A program made the position numbers and the translations under genes. Source: Patescibacteria group bacterium (GTDB lineage Bacteria; Patescibacteriota; Minisyncoccia; UBA6257; HR35). From it: a stretch of DNA of 32,000 nucleotides. Under the pieces are notes generated by a model. The model saw only the letters and a program-made list of their open reading frames with translations, had not been told where the DNA came from and did no database searches. Shown in pieces: positions 15,203 through 25,067 of the stretch. The stretch spans positions 120,001-152,000 of the forward strand of contig JAUQQN010000001.1 in assembly GCA_030549845.1 (NCBI GenBank). Reading direction: 5' to 3'. The first letter of the stretch is position 1, and each line of letters opens with the position of its first letter.

Positions 15203-17009
15203 AAGTTTACTACTTACTTTTTTAATATTTTTGAGTTTTGTCATCTTTTCTTCTTATTTGTCTTACAAAAATATAAAAACTATTACTTTATCAAAATTTA
15301 AAGAACTTATTGAAAAAGGGGAGATTATTTCTCTTCATATTTATGACAATGCTATTTTAATTGAAACTAAAAATAAAGAATACTTAAGGATCAATAAAGA
15401 AAGCAACTTAACTTTTTGGCAGTTACTTAAAGACCTAAATATACCCTATGAAAAAACTGAGAATATTAATGTTTCTGTACAAAATAAATCTGCTCAAGAA
15501 CTTTTTGCAATGTTAGCTATTAATTTGCTACCTGCTTTGCTTATTGTAGGGATTTTTATCTATATGTTCTCTCAAGCTCAAAAAGGAGCTGGGCAGATAT
15601 TCACTTTTTCCAAATCTTCTGTTAAAATGCATGACCCAAGAAAAGAAAGAATTACATTTAATGATGTTGCCGGCCTTAAGGAAGCTAAAGAAGAATTAAA
15701 AGAAGTAATTGACTTTTTAAAAAGCCCTCAAAAATTCTTAAACCTTGGAGCAAGGGTACCAAAAGGAGTTTTACTTGTAGGGCCACCAGGTACAGGAAAA
15801 ACACTATTAGCAAAAGCAACAGCTTGTGAGGCTGGAGTTCCTTTTTTCTATATCTCAGGCTCTGAATTTATAGAGCTTTTTGTAGGAGTAGGAGCAAGTA
15901 GAATTAGGGATGCTTTCTCTGTTGCAAAAAGATTCGCACCCTCAATTTTATTTATAGATGAAATAGATTCAATTGGAAGAATGAGAGGCATAGGTCTTAC
16001 TGGAGCACATGAAGAACGGGAGCAAACTTTAAATCAATTATTAGCAGAAATGGATGGTTTTGAAAAAGACATTCCGTTGGTTGTTATTGCAGCAACAAAT
16101 AGGCCAGATGTTTTAGATCCTGCTCTTTTAAGACCTGGAAGGTTTGATAGGAAAATATATTTAGATTTACCAACATTGTCGGAAAGAGAAGAAATCTTGA
16201 AAATTCACTTAAAGAATAAAAAAGTAGGAAATATAAATCTTAAAGAAATAGCTGAAAGAACTCCTGGATTTTCAGGCGCAGATCTTGCAAATTTGTGTAA
16301 TGAAGCAGCTATTTTAGCAGCAAGGAAAAATAAAACTCAAATAGAACAACAAGAATTATTAGAAGCAATAGAAAAAGTTTTACTAGGGCCAGAAAGAAAA
16401 TCTAAAGTTTATTCCAAAAAAGAAAAATTAATTGCTGCATATCATGAAAGTGGACACGCAATAGTAGCTCATTATCTACCGCACTCATCACCAGTTCAAA
16501 AAATTTCAATTATAGCAAGAGCAAAAGCAGGTGGTTATACGCTTAAAACTCCTCTTGAGGAAAGATCTTTTTTATTTAAAAAAGAATTTTTAGATGAAAT
16601 ATCTGCATTACTTGGTGGTTACGCAGCAGAACTTCTAGTATTTAATGATATATCAACCGGCGCAAGCTCTGACTTGAGAGTGGCTACAGATTTAGCAAGA
16701 GAACTAGTTACCACATACGGAATGTCTGAAGAATTTGGGCCTATAAGTTTAGGTAGAAAACAAGAAATTATTTATGGAATTAAAGAAACTATAATTGAAA
16801 AAGATTATTCTGAAAAAACTGCAGAAAAAATTGATGAAGAAGTACAAAAGATTTTAAAAACAGCCTTAGAAAGAGCTAAAAAGGTTTTAGAAATGAAAAA
16901 AGAAAAATTAGATAAGCTTGCTAAAGCCTTAGTTAGAAAAGAAGTTATAGAAAGAAAACAATTTGAAAGAATATTAGGAGAACCCAAGGGCTCTTTAAAA
17001 GAAATTTAA
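15177..17009 (+). CDS. ftsH: ATP-dependent zinc metalloprotease FtsH
   Basis: 610 aa. N-terminal TM helix, Walker A GPPGTGKT, Walker B ILFIDEID, second region of homology (SRH) [18 protein letters not shown], and zinc motif HESGHA. The start overlaps the S1 gene by 26 nt. Confidence 0.95.
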   Translation: MNFKNPIVKSLLLTFLIFLSFVIFSSYLSYKNIKTITLSKFKELIEKGEIISLHIYDNAILIETKNKEYLRINKESNLTFWQLLKDLNIPYEKTENINVSVQNKSAQELFAMLAINLLPALLIVGIFIYMFSQAQKGAGQIFTFSKSSVKMHDPRKERITFNDVAGLKEAKEELKEVIDFLKSPQKFLNLGARVPKGVLLVGPPGTGKTLLAKATACEAGVPFFYISGSEFIELFVGVGASRIRDAFSVAKRFAPSILFIDEIDSIGRMRGIGLTGAHEEREQTLNQLLAEMDGFEKDIPLVVIAATNRPDVLDPALLRPGRFDRKIYLDLPTLSEREEILKIHLKNKKVGNINLKEIAERTPGFSGADLANLCNEAAILAARKNKTQIEQQELLEAIEKVLLGPERKSKVYSKKEKLIAAYHESGHAIVAHYLPHSSPVQKISIIARAKAGGYTLKTPLEERSFLFKKEFLDEISALLGGYAAELLVFNDISTGASSDLRVATDLARELVTTYGMSEEFGPISLGRKQEIIYGIKETIIEKDYSEKTAEKIDEEVQKILKTALERAKKVLEMKKEKLDKLAKALVRKEVIERKQFERILGEPKGSLKEI

Positions 17010-18343
17010 ACTGAAGGAATCTCTGGCGACGGAGGTATATATCTTGTTGGGGTGATCTCTAATCCATATGGAGGAACAACTTCTATTGGAATATGGAAAA
17101 TAGAAGCTAATTCCTCTGTATTTAATATTATCCTATTCTCATCATAATCTGTATTCCATCTTCCTTTAAGATATGCCCAAATTATCCTCTTTCTAAAAAA
17201 TATTTTCTCATCGTATAAAGATTTATAAAAAGTAACTGGCCTATCAATTGTCGTAACTGTTTTTACATCCCTTAATATTCCATTCAAATCTTGTCTTTCA
17301 AAAATTTTAAAGGCACCCATAACTAAACCAATATTTCTATCCCTTTTTTGACTAAATATATCTTTAGTTGCTACATAACAGAATCTAATTACACACCAAT
17401 ATCCAGGTTTTGATATTTTCTTTTCTATAGCCTCTATAATCTCTCTTTCTCCTGGAGTTAGCTTCATTAAATCTAAAGATTGAGCCTCTGTTTTTTCTTC
17501 TTTACCTACTTTCCATTCAATAGGTTGAAACCAGACTAAAAATAAATTTTTGATAAACTCTAAAATGTAATCTAAAGGCCTTGGTTCTACTTTTTCTTTT
17601 CTGCCCATTAATTTATTAACCTCTTTTTTGCCCCTAGCTCCCCATTCTCTTCCGAATTCTTTATCATTAGGGGGTACAGGCATAGCCATAATTTGAATAA
17701 CAATCCATTCTTTGTCTGAAAGATAGGTTGCTCCTTCAGATAAAAGCCCTATTGGATCAATTCTTTGTTCTTCTGGTAATTTTTCCCAAACTTCATATGT
17801 TTTTATTGGATAGTAGTCTTTTGGGGTTTGTTTATCATCTTCTGTTTTGGTAAACACAAATTCACAACCAAAAACATCAAACGTAGGATTAGGAATTTTC
17901 CATGGCAAATCTTTTAGCGGATCTTCTACTTCCTCTACAGATGCCTCTGGATATTGAGAATAAATTCTGCTTGCTACAAAGTCTTTTAAGCTATCTAAAC
18001 ATCTTATAATAAATCTCAGCTTTCCATTATGCATATGCATTTCAAAAACATAAAAAGGAGGAGTAAAACCTTGCATGTACCTTGCCCAAGGATCTCCTTT
18101 CCTAAAAACAGCATGTAAAGAGTAAAAAATTTCTTCCATGGCTTTAGGTGATTTTTTTACATAAGGCGGCACCTTAAGTTCTAAAAAAACCCACTTTAGC
18201 CCACCTCTATATCGATATCTGACTGTAGTTAAATGTTTTTCTTTTACAACAAACCAAACAAGAAAAGGGAGTAGTATCCACCATATACTTAGTATAAAGC
18301 CTATTATAAACTTAAAGAAATTAATCATTTTTAAGGCTAACAA
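17006..18343 (-). CDS. Conserved-looking hypothetical membrane protein (N-terminal TM helix plus large soluble domain)
   Basis: 445-aa ORF with TM helix FIIGFILSIWWILLPFLVWFVV. The motifs LELKVPPYVKKSPKAMEEIFYSLH and NTEELASIFHIP remind me of N-terminal domains of CPR VirD4/HerA-type ATPases. That is from memory and not verified, and no P-loop is present here. An alternative ATG at 18328 is possible. Confidence 0.55.
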   Translation of the reverse strand: MLALKMINFFKFIIGFILSIWWILLPFLVWFVVKEKHLTTVRYRYRGGLKWVFLELKVPPYVKKSPKAMEEIFYSLHAVFRKGDPWARYMQGFTPPFYVFEMHMHNGKLRFIIRCLDSLKDFVASRIYSQYPEASVEEVEDPLKDLPWKIPNPTFDVFGCEFVFTKTEDDKQTPKDYYPIKTYEVWEKLPEEQRIDPIGLLSEGATYLSDKEWIVIQIMAMPVPPNDKEFGREWGARGKKEVNKLMGRKEKVEPRPLDYILEFIKNLFLVWFQPIEWKVGKEEKTEAQSLDLMKLTPGEREIIEAIEKKISKPGYWCVIRFCYVATKDIFSQKRDRNIGLVMGAFKIFERQDLNGILRDVKTVTTIDRPVTFYKSLYDEKIFFRKRIIWAYLKGRWNTDYDENRIILNTEELASIFHIPIEVVPPYGLEITPTRYIPPSPEIPSV

Positions 18344-19382
18344 TATTTTTATTTACTTTGAAGTTTTTATATAAATAAATTTTGAAAGTATTTGGAGAAA
18401 TTTCTTTATGTCTTCTAACTATTTCATAAAGCTTTTCAATTTCTATCTCTTTTTCTTCTTCTACAATTTTTTTAATCAAATCTATTATATGACCTTCAGC
18501 ATATCCCCATTCTTTTAATGCATATTTCCCTCTACCATACTTTACAAACTCTGGATTATAAATTAAAGCATTATGTATAGATCTATAATCATATGTCTTT
18601 TTCCATGCAGAATGCAAAAGCTCATCTTCTATTTGGGATAATTCTTTTAGTTTTTCGTATATCTCTATAAAATGAAGAGGTCTTTTTTCTAATTCAAAAA
18701 TTATTTTAATTTTATCACTTAAAGAGCTTGGTGCTATTCTTTCATGATTAATATACCCTATTTCATTCAATGGATTTTTCTTTATTATTTTTGAAATTTT
18801 TATAAACTCTATAATGTCTTCTATATCGGGCGTTATTTTTAAGTGCGTTTTTATTTCATCTCTTATAATGTCAAAAAGGTTTTCTTCTTTTAATGGTTTA
18901 CTTAATTTAATTAATCTTGAATTTATGTGTTCTAAAATTAATTTGCTTTTTATTAAAACTTCTTTTATAGTACTTAAATATGAGAAAAATATCTTTGTTT
19001 CTACTTCATAATGGAAATTTTCGTAAATTACAAAAAACAATCTTAGTATATTTTCGATGTTCTCATCAATATCATAAAGATCTTTAAGTTTTTTGAAAAT
19101 ATAAAATTCTCTTTTGACTTTTAGGTTACCTAAAATATCATGAATCTCTGGATATATCCTTTTTTCAAAATATTGAAGGGTTGAAGATTTTTTACTCATT
19201 TTATTTAATGCCTTATTTTCTATTTGTCTAACCCTTTCTCTAGTAATACCATATTCTTTTCCTATTTTTTCTAATGACATTCTGGGATTTTCTATCCCAA
19301 ACCTTTTTTTAATAATATCAATTTCTCTTTTATCTAGTTCACTTAATAGTTCATCTAATGTATTATATATTTCTGTTTTCAT
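18321..19382 (-). CDS. Sigma-70 region-4 HTH protein with C-terminal HARE-HTH-like domain
   Basis: MSLEKIGKEYGITRERVRQIENKALNKM is a sigma region 4.2 signature. The C-terminus PLHFIEIYEKL...GRGKYALKEWGY resembles a HARE-HTH. The track start at 19403 is a TTG lying inside TTGTATAAT. I prefer the ATG at 19382, 12 nt downstream of that -10. Confidence 0.6.
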   Translation of the reverse strand: MKTEIYNTLDELLSELDKREIDIIKKRFGIENPRMSLEKIGKEYGITRERVRQIENKALNKMSKKSSTLQYFEKRIYPEIHDILGNLKVKREFYIFKKLKDLYDIDENIENILRLFFVIYENFHYEVETKIFFSYLSTIKEVLIKSKLILEHINSRLIKLSKPLKEENLFDIIRDEIKTHLKITPDIEDIIEFIKISKIIKKNPLNEIGYINHERIAPSSLSDKIKIIFELEKRPLHFIEIYEKLKELSQIEDELLHSAWKKTYDYRSIHNALIYNPEFVKYGRGKYALKEWGYAEGHIIDLIKKIVEEEKEIEIEKLYEIVRRHKEISPNTFKIYLYKNFKVNKNIVSLKND

Positions 19383-19497
19383 CTTCTGCTTTAAATTATA
19401 CAATAAAAATAAAAAAGCGAAAATAAAATTTACAAATAAAAGCCTATAAAATTATTCATAAATAATCGCAAGGTATTATATAATATTTTTATATAAA

Positions 19498-19569
19498 GCG
19501 GCGGTAGTTCAGTGGTAGAACGTCTGCCTTCCAAGCAGAAGGTCGCGGGTTCGAATCCCGTCCGCCGCT
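19498..19569 (+). tRNA. tRNA-Gly (anticodon UCC), no encoded CCA
   Basis: Hand fold: GCGGCGG TA GTTC AGTGGTA GAAC G TCTGC CTTCCAA GCAGA AGGTC GCGGG TTCGAAT CCCGT CCGCCGC T (72 nt). -10 TATAAT at 19479-19484. Confidence 0.9.
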
Positions 19570-19572
19570 CAC

Positions 19573-20949
19573 ATGTTAAACTTTAAAAATCTTAATATAA
19601 AACAAATAAAAGATATAATAAAAGAAATTGGCCTTGAATCCTTCTATAATGAATATTTTGAATGGATAAAGAAAGAGGACAAGAGGATAAGAGGATTTTT
19701 GTTTTTTACTGAAAATCTTGCAAAAAATCTTGTAGAAGAGCTAAAAAATAAAAAGGGAGATTTACCACTTTACGGAATACCCATAGCTATTAAAGATAAT
19801 ATTTTAGTAAAAGGAGAAAAGTGCACTGCTGGTTCAAAAATTTTAGAAAATTATATTGCTACATATGATGCTACAGTAATAAAAAAATTAAAAGCTGCTG
19901 GAGCTGTGATTGTTGGTAAAACTAATATGGATGAGTTTGCAATGGGTTCTTCTACTGAATACTCTGCTTATTTTCCTACATTTAATCCTTTTGATTCTTC
20001 TAAAGTACCTGGTGGATCTTCAGGAGGATCTGCAGCTGTTGTAGGAGCTGGTCTTTTGCCAATTGCATTAGGCTCAGATACAGGAGGTTCTATAAGGCAA
20101 CCTGCTGCATTTTGTGGAATTTATGGTTTAAAACCAACATATGGAGCGGTATCGAGATATGGATTAATTGCTATGGCATCTTCTTTAGATCAAATAGGAC
20201 CTTTGGCTAAAGATTTAGAAGATTTGATAACTTTATTTGAAGTCATAAGAGGCAAAGATCCTAAGGATTCTACAAGTGTTGAGTTTCCTCAAGATAAAAT
20301 AAAAGAAACTCAAATAAAAACAATTGGTTTGCCAAAAGAATTTTTTGAGGATGCTGATTCTAAAATTTCTTCACTTATCTTAGAAAAAATTAAAAAAACA
20401 AATTTAAAAATCAAGGAAATTTCTTTAAAGTACGTAAAATACGGTATTCATTGTTATTATTTAATAATGCCAGCAGAGGTTAGTTCAAACCTAGCAAGAT
20501 ATGAAGGAATTAGGTACAGCAAAAGAGAAAAGGGTAAATTATGGGAAGTTTATGAAAAAACCAGGGGTAAATATCTTGGAAAAGAAGTAAAAAGAAGAAT
20601 TATTATAGGCACATTTGTTTTATCCCATGGTTATTATGAGGCTTATTATTTAAAAGCTCAAAAATTAAGAAGGGCTATTTTTGAAGATTTCCAGAATGCA
20701 TTTAAAGAAGTTGATTTAATAATTTCTCCAACATCTCCTAGTCTACCTTTCAATTTAGGAGAAAAGATTGAAGATCCTTTAAAAATGTATTTGTCAGATA
20801 TTTATACAGTTCCGGTAAATCTTGCAGGGCTTCCTGCTTTAAATATTCCTGCTGGTTTTATAAATGGTTTACCTGTTGGCCTTCAAGTCATAGGAAATTT
20901 ATTTGATGAATATAAATTATTTGAATTCGCAAAAATATTAGAAAAATAA
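19573..20949 (+). CDS. gatA: Glutamyl/aspartyl-tRNA amidotransferase subunit A
   Basis: 458 aa. Amidase signature GGSSGGSAAVVGAG...GSDTGGSIRQPAAFCG. The N-terminus and length are typical of GatA. No gatB or gatC is adjacent. Confidence 0.88.
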   Translation: MLNFKNLNIKQIKDIIKEIGLESFYNEYFEWIKKEDKRIRGFLFFTENLAKNLVEELKNKKGDLPLYGIPIAIKDNILVKGEKCTAGSKILENYIATYDATVIKKLKAAGAVIVGKTNMDEFAMGSSTEYSAYFPTFNPFDSSKVPGGSSGGSAAVVGAGLLPIALGSDTGGSIRQPAAFCGIYGLKPTYGAVSRYGLIAMASSLDQIGPLAKDLEDLITLFEVIRGKDPKDSTSVEFPQDKIKETQIKTIGLPKEFFEDADSKISSLILEKIKKTNLKIKEISLKYVKYGIHCYYLIMPAEVSSNLARYEGIRYSKREKGKLWEVYEKTRGKYLGKEVKRRIIIGTFVLSHGYYEAYYLKAQKLRRAIFEDFQNAFKEVDLIISPTSPSLPFNLGEKIEDPLKMYLSDIYTVPVNLAGLPALNIPAGFINGLPVGLQVIGNLFDEYKLFEFAKILEK

Positions 20950-21534
20950 ATGGAGGTTTTGCAAAGAATATTAGAAATTTTTAGTAAAATTGCAGGGCTT
21001 TTGTTTAACATTCCTGAATTTCAAAAATTAAGAATTTTAATATCTTTGTTCTCAATTATTTTTTCCTTGCTTTTAATTTTCTATTGGATTCATCTTGAAA
21101 GAAAATATAAATATGGCTCTGAGTGGTGGAGTTTTCTTATTAAATACTTTTTAGAAGCTTTTATAAAGCCCGAATATTTTAAAAATGAGTGGAGGAAAAT
21201 CAAAAATTTGTTTGTAACTGATCATATATCTTCTTTATTAAAAACTTATCAATTTTTACAAGAAGTTATAGATTTATATGGATATGAAAAAGGTAATTTG
21301 AAAGAAAAGTTTTTACAAATTCCAAATCAAGTTTATAACAAAAAAGAAAGATATGAGATGGCGCTAGAGGCCCTAGAGGTGATTTATAATAAAATTCAGA
21401 AAAAAGAGGAAATAGAAATTACTAAATTAGATGCTCTATCAATTTTGAAAGAAATTGAAAGTATGTTAGGAGATCTTTTTGTAATCAGTCCTGAAGATTA
21501 CTGGGCAAACTTTCAAGTTGTGCCTGAAGAGTAA
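20950..21534 (+). CDS. Hypothetical membrane-anchored protein
   Basis: 194-aa ORF that starts immediately after the gatA stop. TM helix ILISLFSIIFSLLLIFYWI followed by a helical domain. The last 50 nt overlap the convergent htrA ORF. Confidence 0.5.
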   Translation: MEVLQRILEIFSKIAGLLFNIPEFQKLRILISLFSIIFSLLLIFYWIHLERKYKYGSEWWSFLIKYFLEAFIKPEYFKNEWRKIKNLFVTDHISSLLKTYQFLQEVIDLYGYEKGNLKEKFLQIPNQVYNKKERYEMALEALEVIYNKIQKKEEIEITKLDALSILKEIESMLGDLFVISPEDYWANFQVVPEE

Positions 21535-22765
21535 TTATCTTGCCATTTCTCCAAATTTTTAAATTTATAATATCTCCAACTTTTCTTGAAGTTATTTGTT
21601 GAGCTAAGGTATTTTGAGGAGTAATTTTTACACCATTAACTTCTAAGATAATATCTCCCTTTTTAATGCCTGCTTTTTCTGCTGGAGAATTTGGTAAAAC
21701 TGCAGGTTTTTTATCATCTTCAGAATAAACATATGCGCCATAGTCAAATGGAAGATTAAATTTCTTTTGGATTTCTTCTGTAACCAACAAATACCTTACA
21801 CCTAAAAATGGTACCTCTACTTTTCCTTTTGTACTAAGATCATAAAGCATATTCTTTAATCTGTTAACTGGAATAGCAAAACCAATATTTTCTGCTCCAC
21901 TTACTATTGCAGTATTTATACCTATTACTTCACCCCTAAGGTTTATTAATGGACCACCAGAATTACCTGGATTTATTGCTGCATCTGTTTGAATTAACCC
22001 TTCTAACCTTTGAATGTTACCTAAATTGTCACTCGCTACAATATTTCTTCTAAGACCAGAAACCACTCCTACACTAACAGTATTTTGAAACTCTCCTAAT
22101 GCATTTCCTATTGCTATTACTGTCTGTCCTAATTTTAATTTATTAGAATCTCCTAATTTCAAATAAGGTAAATTTGTGGCATTTATTTTAATTATTGCTA
22201 AATCATCAATAGGATGTAATGCTATTACTTTTCCTTTATATTTTCTCCCGTCATTCAAATAAACGGTGTATTCTGCATCTTTTTCATTTACAACATGTTT
22301 ATTAGTAGCAATTAAACCATCAGAAGAAATTATAAATCCTGTACCTGCACCTATTTGTTTCTTTTCAGTACCTTTTTGTCTATATTGGGGAATTTGGAAT
22401 TCAAAGAAAAATTGTCTAAATTCTGGAGGTAAATCAAATTCATCAAATGGGTTGATATAATATTTTTCAAATATTGGAACATCTTTACTAATTACAATAC
22501 TAACTACAGCTGGAGATGATTTTTCAACTATTTCAGTTATCAATTTTTCATAATCAGCAACTGGTTTATATTCTGGTATTTGCTCAAATATAGTTTCTGG
22601 CGTTTCTACTTTGATGTTTTGGATTTTCGGATTATAAATTAATTTTTTTAATGCATCGATTAGATTTTGCAAATTAGCTTGGGCAATTGCGAGATTGAAT
22701 GAAATTATTAAAGCTACTATGGCTATTAAAGTAATGTAAAATATGTAATTTCTTATTCCTTTCAT
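21485..22765 (-). CDS. htrA: HtrA/DegP-family serine protease (trypsin-like S1C) with PDZ domain
   Basis: 426 aa. Signal-anchor, catalytic triad contexts TNKHVV, DDLAIIKI and GNSGGPL, and a C-terminal PDZ (GIKKGDIILEVNG). Confidence 0.85.
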   Translation of the reverse strand: MKGIRNYIFYITLIAIVALIISFNLAIAQANLQNLIDALKKLIYNPKIQNIKVETPETIFEQIPEYKPVADYEKLITEIVEKSSPAVVSIVISKDVPIFEKYYINPFDEFDLPPEFRQFFFEFQIPQYRQKGTEKKQIGAGTGFIISSDGLIATNKHVVNEKDAEYTVYLNDGRKYKGKVIALHPIDDLAIIKINATNLPYLKLGDSNKLKLGQTVIAIGNALGEFQNTVSVGVVSGLRRNIVASDNLGNIQRLEGLIQTDAAINPGNSGGPLINLRGEVIGINTAIVSGAENIGFAIPVNRLKNMLYDLSTKGKVEVPFLGVRYLLVTEEIQKKFNLPFDYGAYVYSEDDKKPAVLPNSPAEKAGIKKGDIILEVNGVKITPQNTLAQQITSRKVGDIINLKIWRNGKIITLQAQLESLPSNLQD

Positions 22766-22807
22766 TTTTTAAGTAAGTTAATTGATGCTTTTGTTATTCC
22801 TAATATA

Positions 22808-24655
22808 TTATAACTCATTTTCAAAATCAAAGAAGCTTTCATGAAATAAGTTTTTATACTTTGGATGATTTGAGAAATATATCTTCATTATTTCTTTAAA
22901 CAAAGGCAAGGTAGCAACAGATCCTTCTGGTACTTCCTCTACAAAAACCACTAATACTATCTCTGGGCTAGGATATGGTGCATAACCTGCAAAAAAGGCG
23001 TTTAATTTTCTCTTTCCTAAAACATGTGGTGAACCACTTTTCCCTGCTATAGGGATAGGAAAATCATTTAAAATTTTAGCTGTACCTTGAGTTACAGTCA
23101 TTCTCATCCCCTCTTGAACAATTCTTAAATTTTCTATATTTACTAAATTTTCCTTCAAAATTTCTGGTTTTTTTTCATAAACAACATTTCCTTTGTAATC
23201 TAATATTTTTTGTACTAAAAATGGACGAATTAGCTTATTTGTTGCCAAAGCAGAAGTAAAAATTGCTATTTGAAGGGGAGTTACTAATAAATCTCCTTGT
23301 CCGATACTTACATTATAAGTATCACCTATCCTCCAGATTGGATCTAATTTATTATTCTTTTTAGTTTCAGGAGTTGGGATAAAACCTTCTTTTTCTCCTG
23401 ATAAATCTATTCCTGTTTTTCTACCTAAGCCAAACAGTTCAAAGTATTTTTTAATGTTATAAATTCCTAAACCTTTTTGATCTTTATACCCACCTCCTAT
23501 TGTGTAAAAATATACATTTACAGAATTTGCTATAGCTTCTTTCATATTTACATAACCATGAATTTTCCAATCTTTGAAAATCCAATCTTTTCCTGGGAAA
23601 TAAGGATTAGGAATCCTTAATTCACCACTTGAGTAGATTTTCTTTTCTGGATCAATTATTTTTTCCTCAAGCGCCCCCACTGCTAAGATCGGCTTTACAA
23701 TAGAACCAGGAGCATACAATCCTGAGATCACTCTGTTAAAAAGAGGATTCATTGGGTCATTTAAAATTTCTTTTATTTTATATCTTTTTTTATCAAATAT
23801 ATCTATATCAAAACTTGGATAAGATATCATGGCTAAAATTTCTCCTGTATTTGGGTTGATAGCTAGCATGCCTCCTTTTTTATACCCTCTTTCTTCCATA
23901 TATCTTTTAAAGGCTTCATATGCTTTTTTCTGAAAATCACTATCTATTGTTAAAACAAGGGAGTAACCTATTAATGGTTCTTTTTTGTTTTTAATACTTA
24001 TCACATTCGCTCTTGCATCTTTTATAAAATTTATTTCTCCATTAATTCCCCGCAAAAATTTGTCATAATCTTTTTCTACACCAAGCTTTCCAATATATTC
24101 ATTTGGTTTTAAATTAAAGGTCTTAATTTCTTCTTCATTAGGAAAACCTAAGTATCCTATAATATTAGAAAATTCTTCAACAAAATTATATTTTCTTTTA
24201 AATGTATTTATAACTCTCACCTCAAGTAAATCAGGATATTTAATAATAAAATTAAATGCAACATTTTTTGGTAAATTTTTTACTACTAAGATATTGTTAG
24301 AAACTTCCGAATCTAAGTTATAATTTTTAACAACTTCCTCAACTTCCCTTAGGATACTTTCTGAGATTTTTGAAATATCTACAAGTAAATCAAAAGAGTC
24401 TTCATTTTCAACTAAAATTTTTTTATTTCTATCAAAAATAACCCCTCTTGGTGCTGGTAAAATAAATTGGATGCTTTGATTTTTTTGGGCCAATGCTAAC
24501 CATTTTTTATGCTCAAAAACAGAAAACTTTAAAAACGCACCAACATACAAAAAAATAAATAAAAATAATGCAAAAATAAAAGTTTTCGGAAGGTCAAAGG
24601 ATTTAAAATAAAAATCGCCTTTTTCTTTTATTATCTCTTCATCTATCCATTCCAT
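22808..24655 (-). CDS. mrdA: Penicillin-binding protein 2 (elongasome transpeptidase)
   Basis: 615 aa with an N-terminal TM helix. Motifs are SxxK (GSIVKP), SxN (ANSVNVYF) and K[ST]G (GKSGSP). It lies directly downstream of mreBCD. Confidence 0.85.
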   Translation of the reverse strand: MEWIDEEIIKEKGDFYFKSFDLPKTFIFALFLFIFLYVGAFLKFSVFEHKKWLALAQKNQSIQFILPAPRGVIFDRNKKILVENEDSFDLLVDISKISESILREVEEVVKNYNLDSEVSNNILVVKNLPKNVAFNFIIKYPDLLEVRVINTFKRKYNFVEEFSNIIGYLGFPNEEEIKTFNLKPNEYIGKLGVEKDYDKFLRGINGEINFIKDARANVISIKNKKEPLIGYSLVLTIDSDFQKKAYEAFKRYMEERGYKKGGMLAINPNTGEILAMISYPSFDIDIFDKKRYKIKEILNDPMNPLFNRVISGLYAPGSIVKPILAVGALEEKIIDPEKKIYSSGELRIPNPYFPGKDWIFKDWKIHGYVNMKEAIANSVNVYFYTIGGGYKDQKGLGIYNIKKYFELFGLGRKTGIDLSGEKEGFIPTPETKKNNKLDPIWRIGDTYNVSIGQGDLLVTPLQIAIFTSALATNKLIRPFLVQKILDYKGNVVYEKKPEILKENLVNIENLRIVQEGMRMTVTQGTAKILNDFPIPIAGKSGSPHVLGKRKLNAFFAGYAPYPSPEIVLVVFVEEVPEGSVATLPLFKEIMKIYFSNHPKYKNLFHESFFDFENEL

Positions 24656-24656
24656 T

Positions 24657-25067
24657 TTAGAAAAACACCTTATAAATAAAAATTATGAAAGAGGAAAATA
24701 AAAAATTTATTAGAAAAATGTAAAAAAACAAATTAAAACTTTGTAACTTTAAGAAATAAAATATTGAAAAAATATAAATTGCTTGCATTAAAAAATTTAA
24801 AAGAAAAACCAAGTTCTTGCTTTCAAAACTTACGAATTTTTTAAGAAATAGTAACAAAAGAAAGAAGCCTCCTATAATTAATCCAGTAAATCCCAGTGGA
24901 ATATACAACATTAAATCATTAATCAAAGACGAAGCTAAAAATAAAATCCAGAAGCTCTTGTAGCTTTTTAAAAAATAGATTAATAAAAATGGTAAGAAAA
25001 AAAACAAAATATTATTTGTCAAAACTTTAAAGACAATATCTAAAAAAAGTAAGATTAAAAGCATCAT
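24657..25067 (-). CDS. mreD: Rod shape-determining protein MreD (by position and topology)
   Basis: 136-aa polytopic membrane ORF between mreC and mrdA. Its start overlaps the mreC stop by 4 nt. Confidence 0.55.
   Translation of the reverse strand: MMLLILLFLDIVFKVLTNNILFFFLPFLLIYFLKSYKSFWILFLASSLINDLMLYIPLGFTGLIIGGFFLLLLFLKKFVSFESKNLVFLLNFLMQAIYIFSIFYFLKLQSFNLFFYIFLINFLFSSFIIFIYKVFF

Noticed and set aside
19383-19403. Non-ATG start codons proposed by the ORF track: TTG at 19403, 25816 and 31624.
   Set aside because: The TTG at 19403 lies inside a TTGTATAAT promoter-like element, with an ATG 21 nt downstream. The TTG at 25816 has an in-frame ATG at 25798. The TTG at 31624 is internal to gyrB, whose frame stays open to the window edge.
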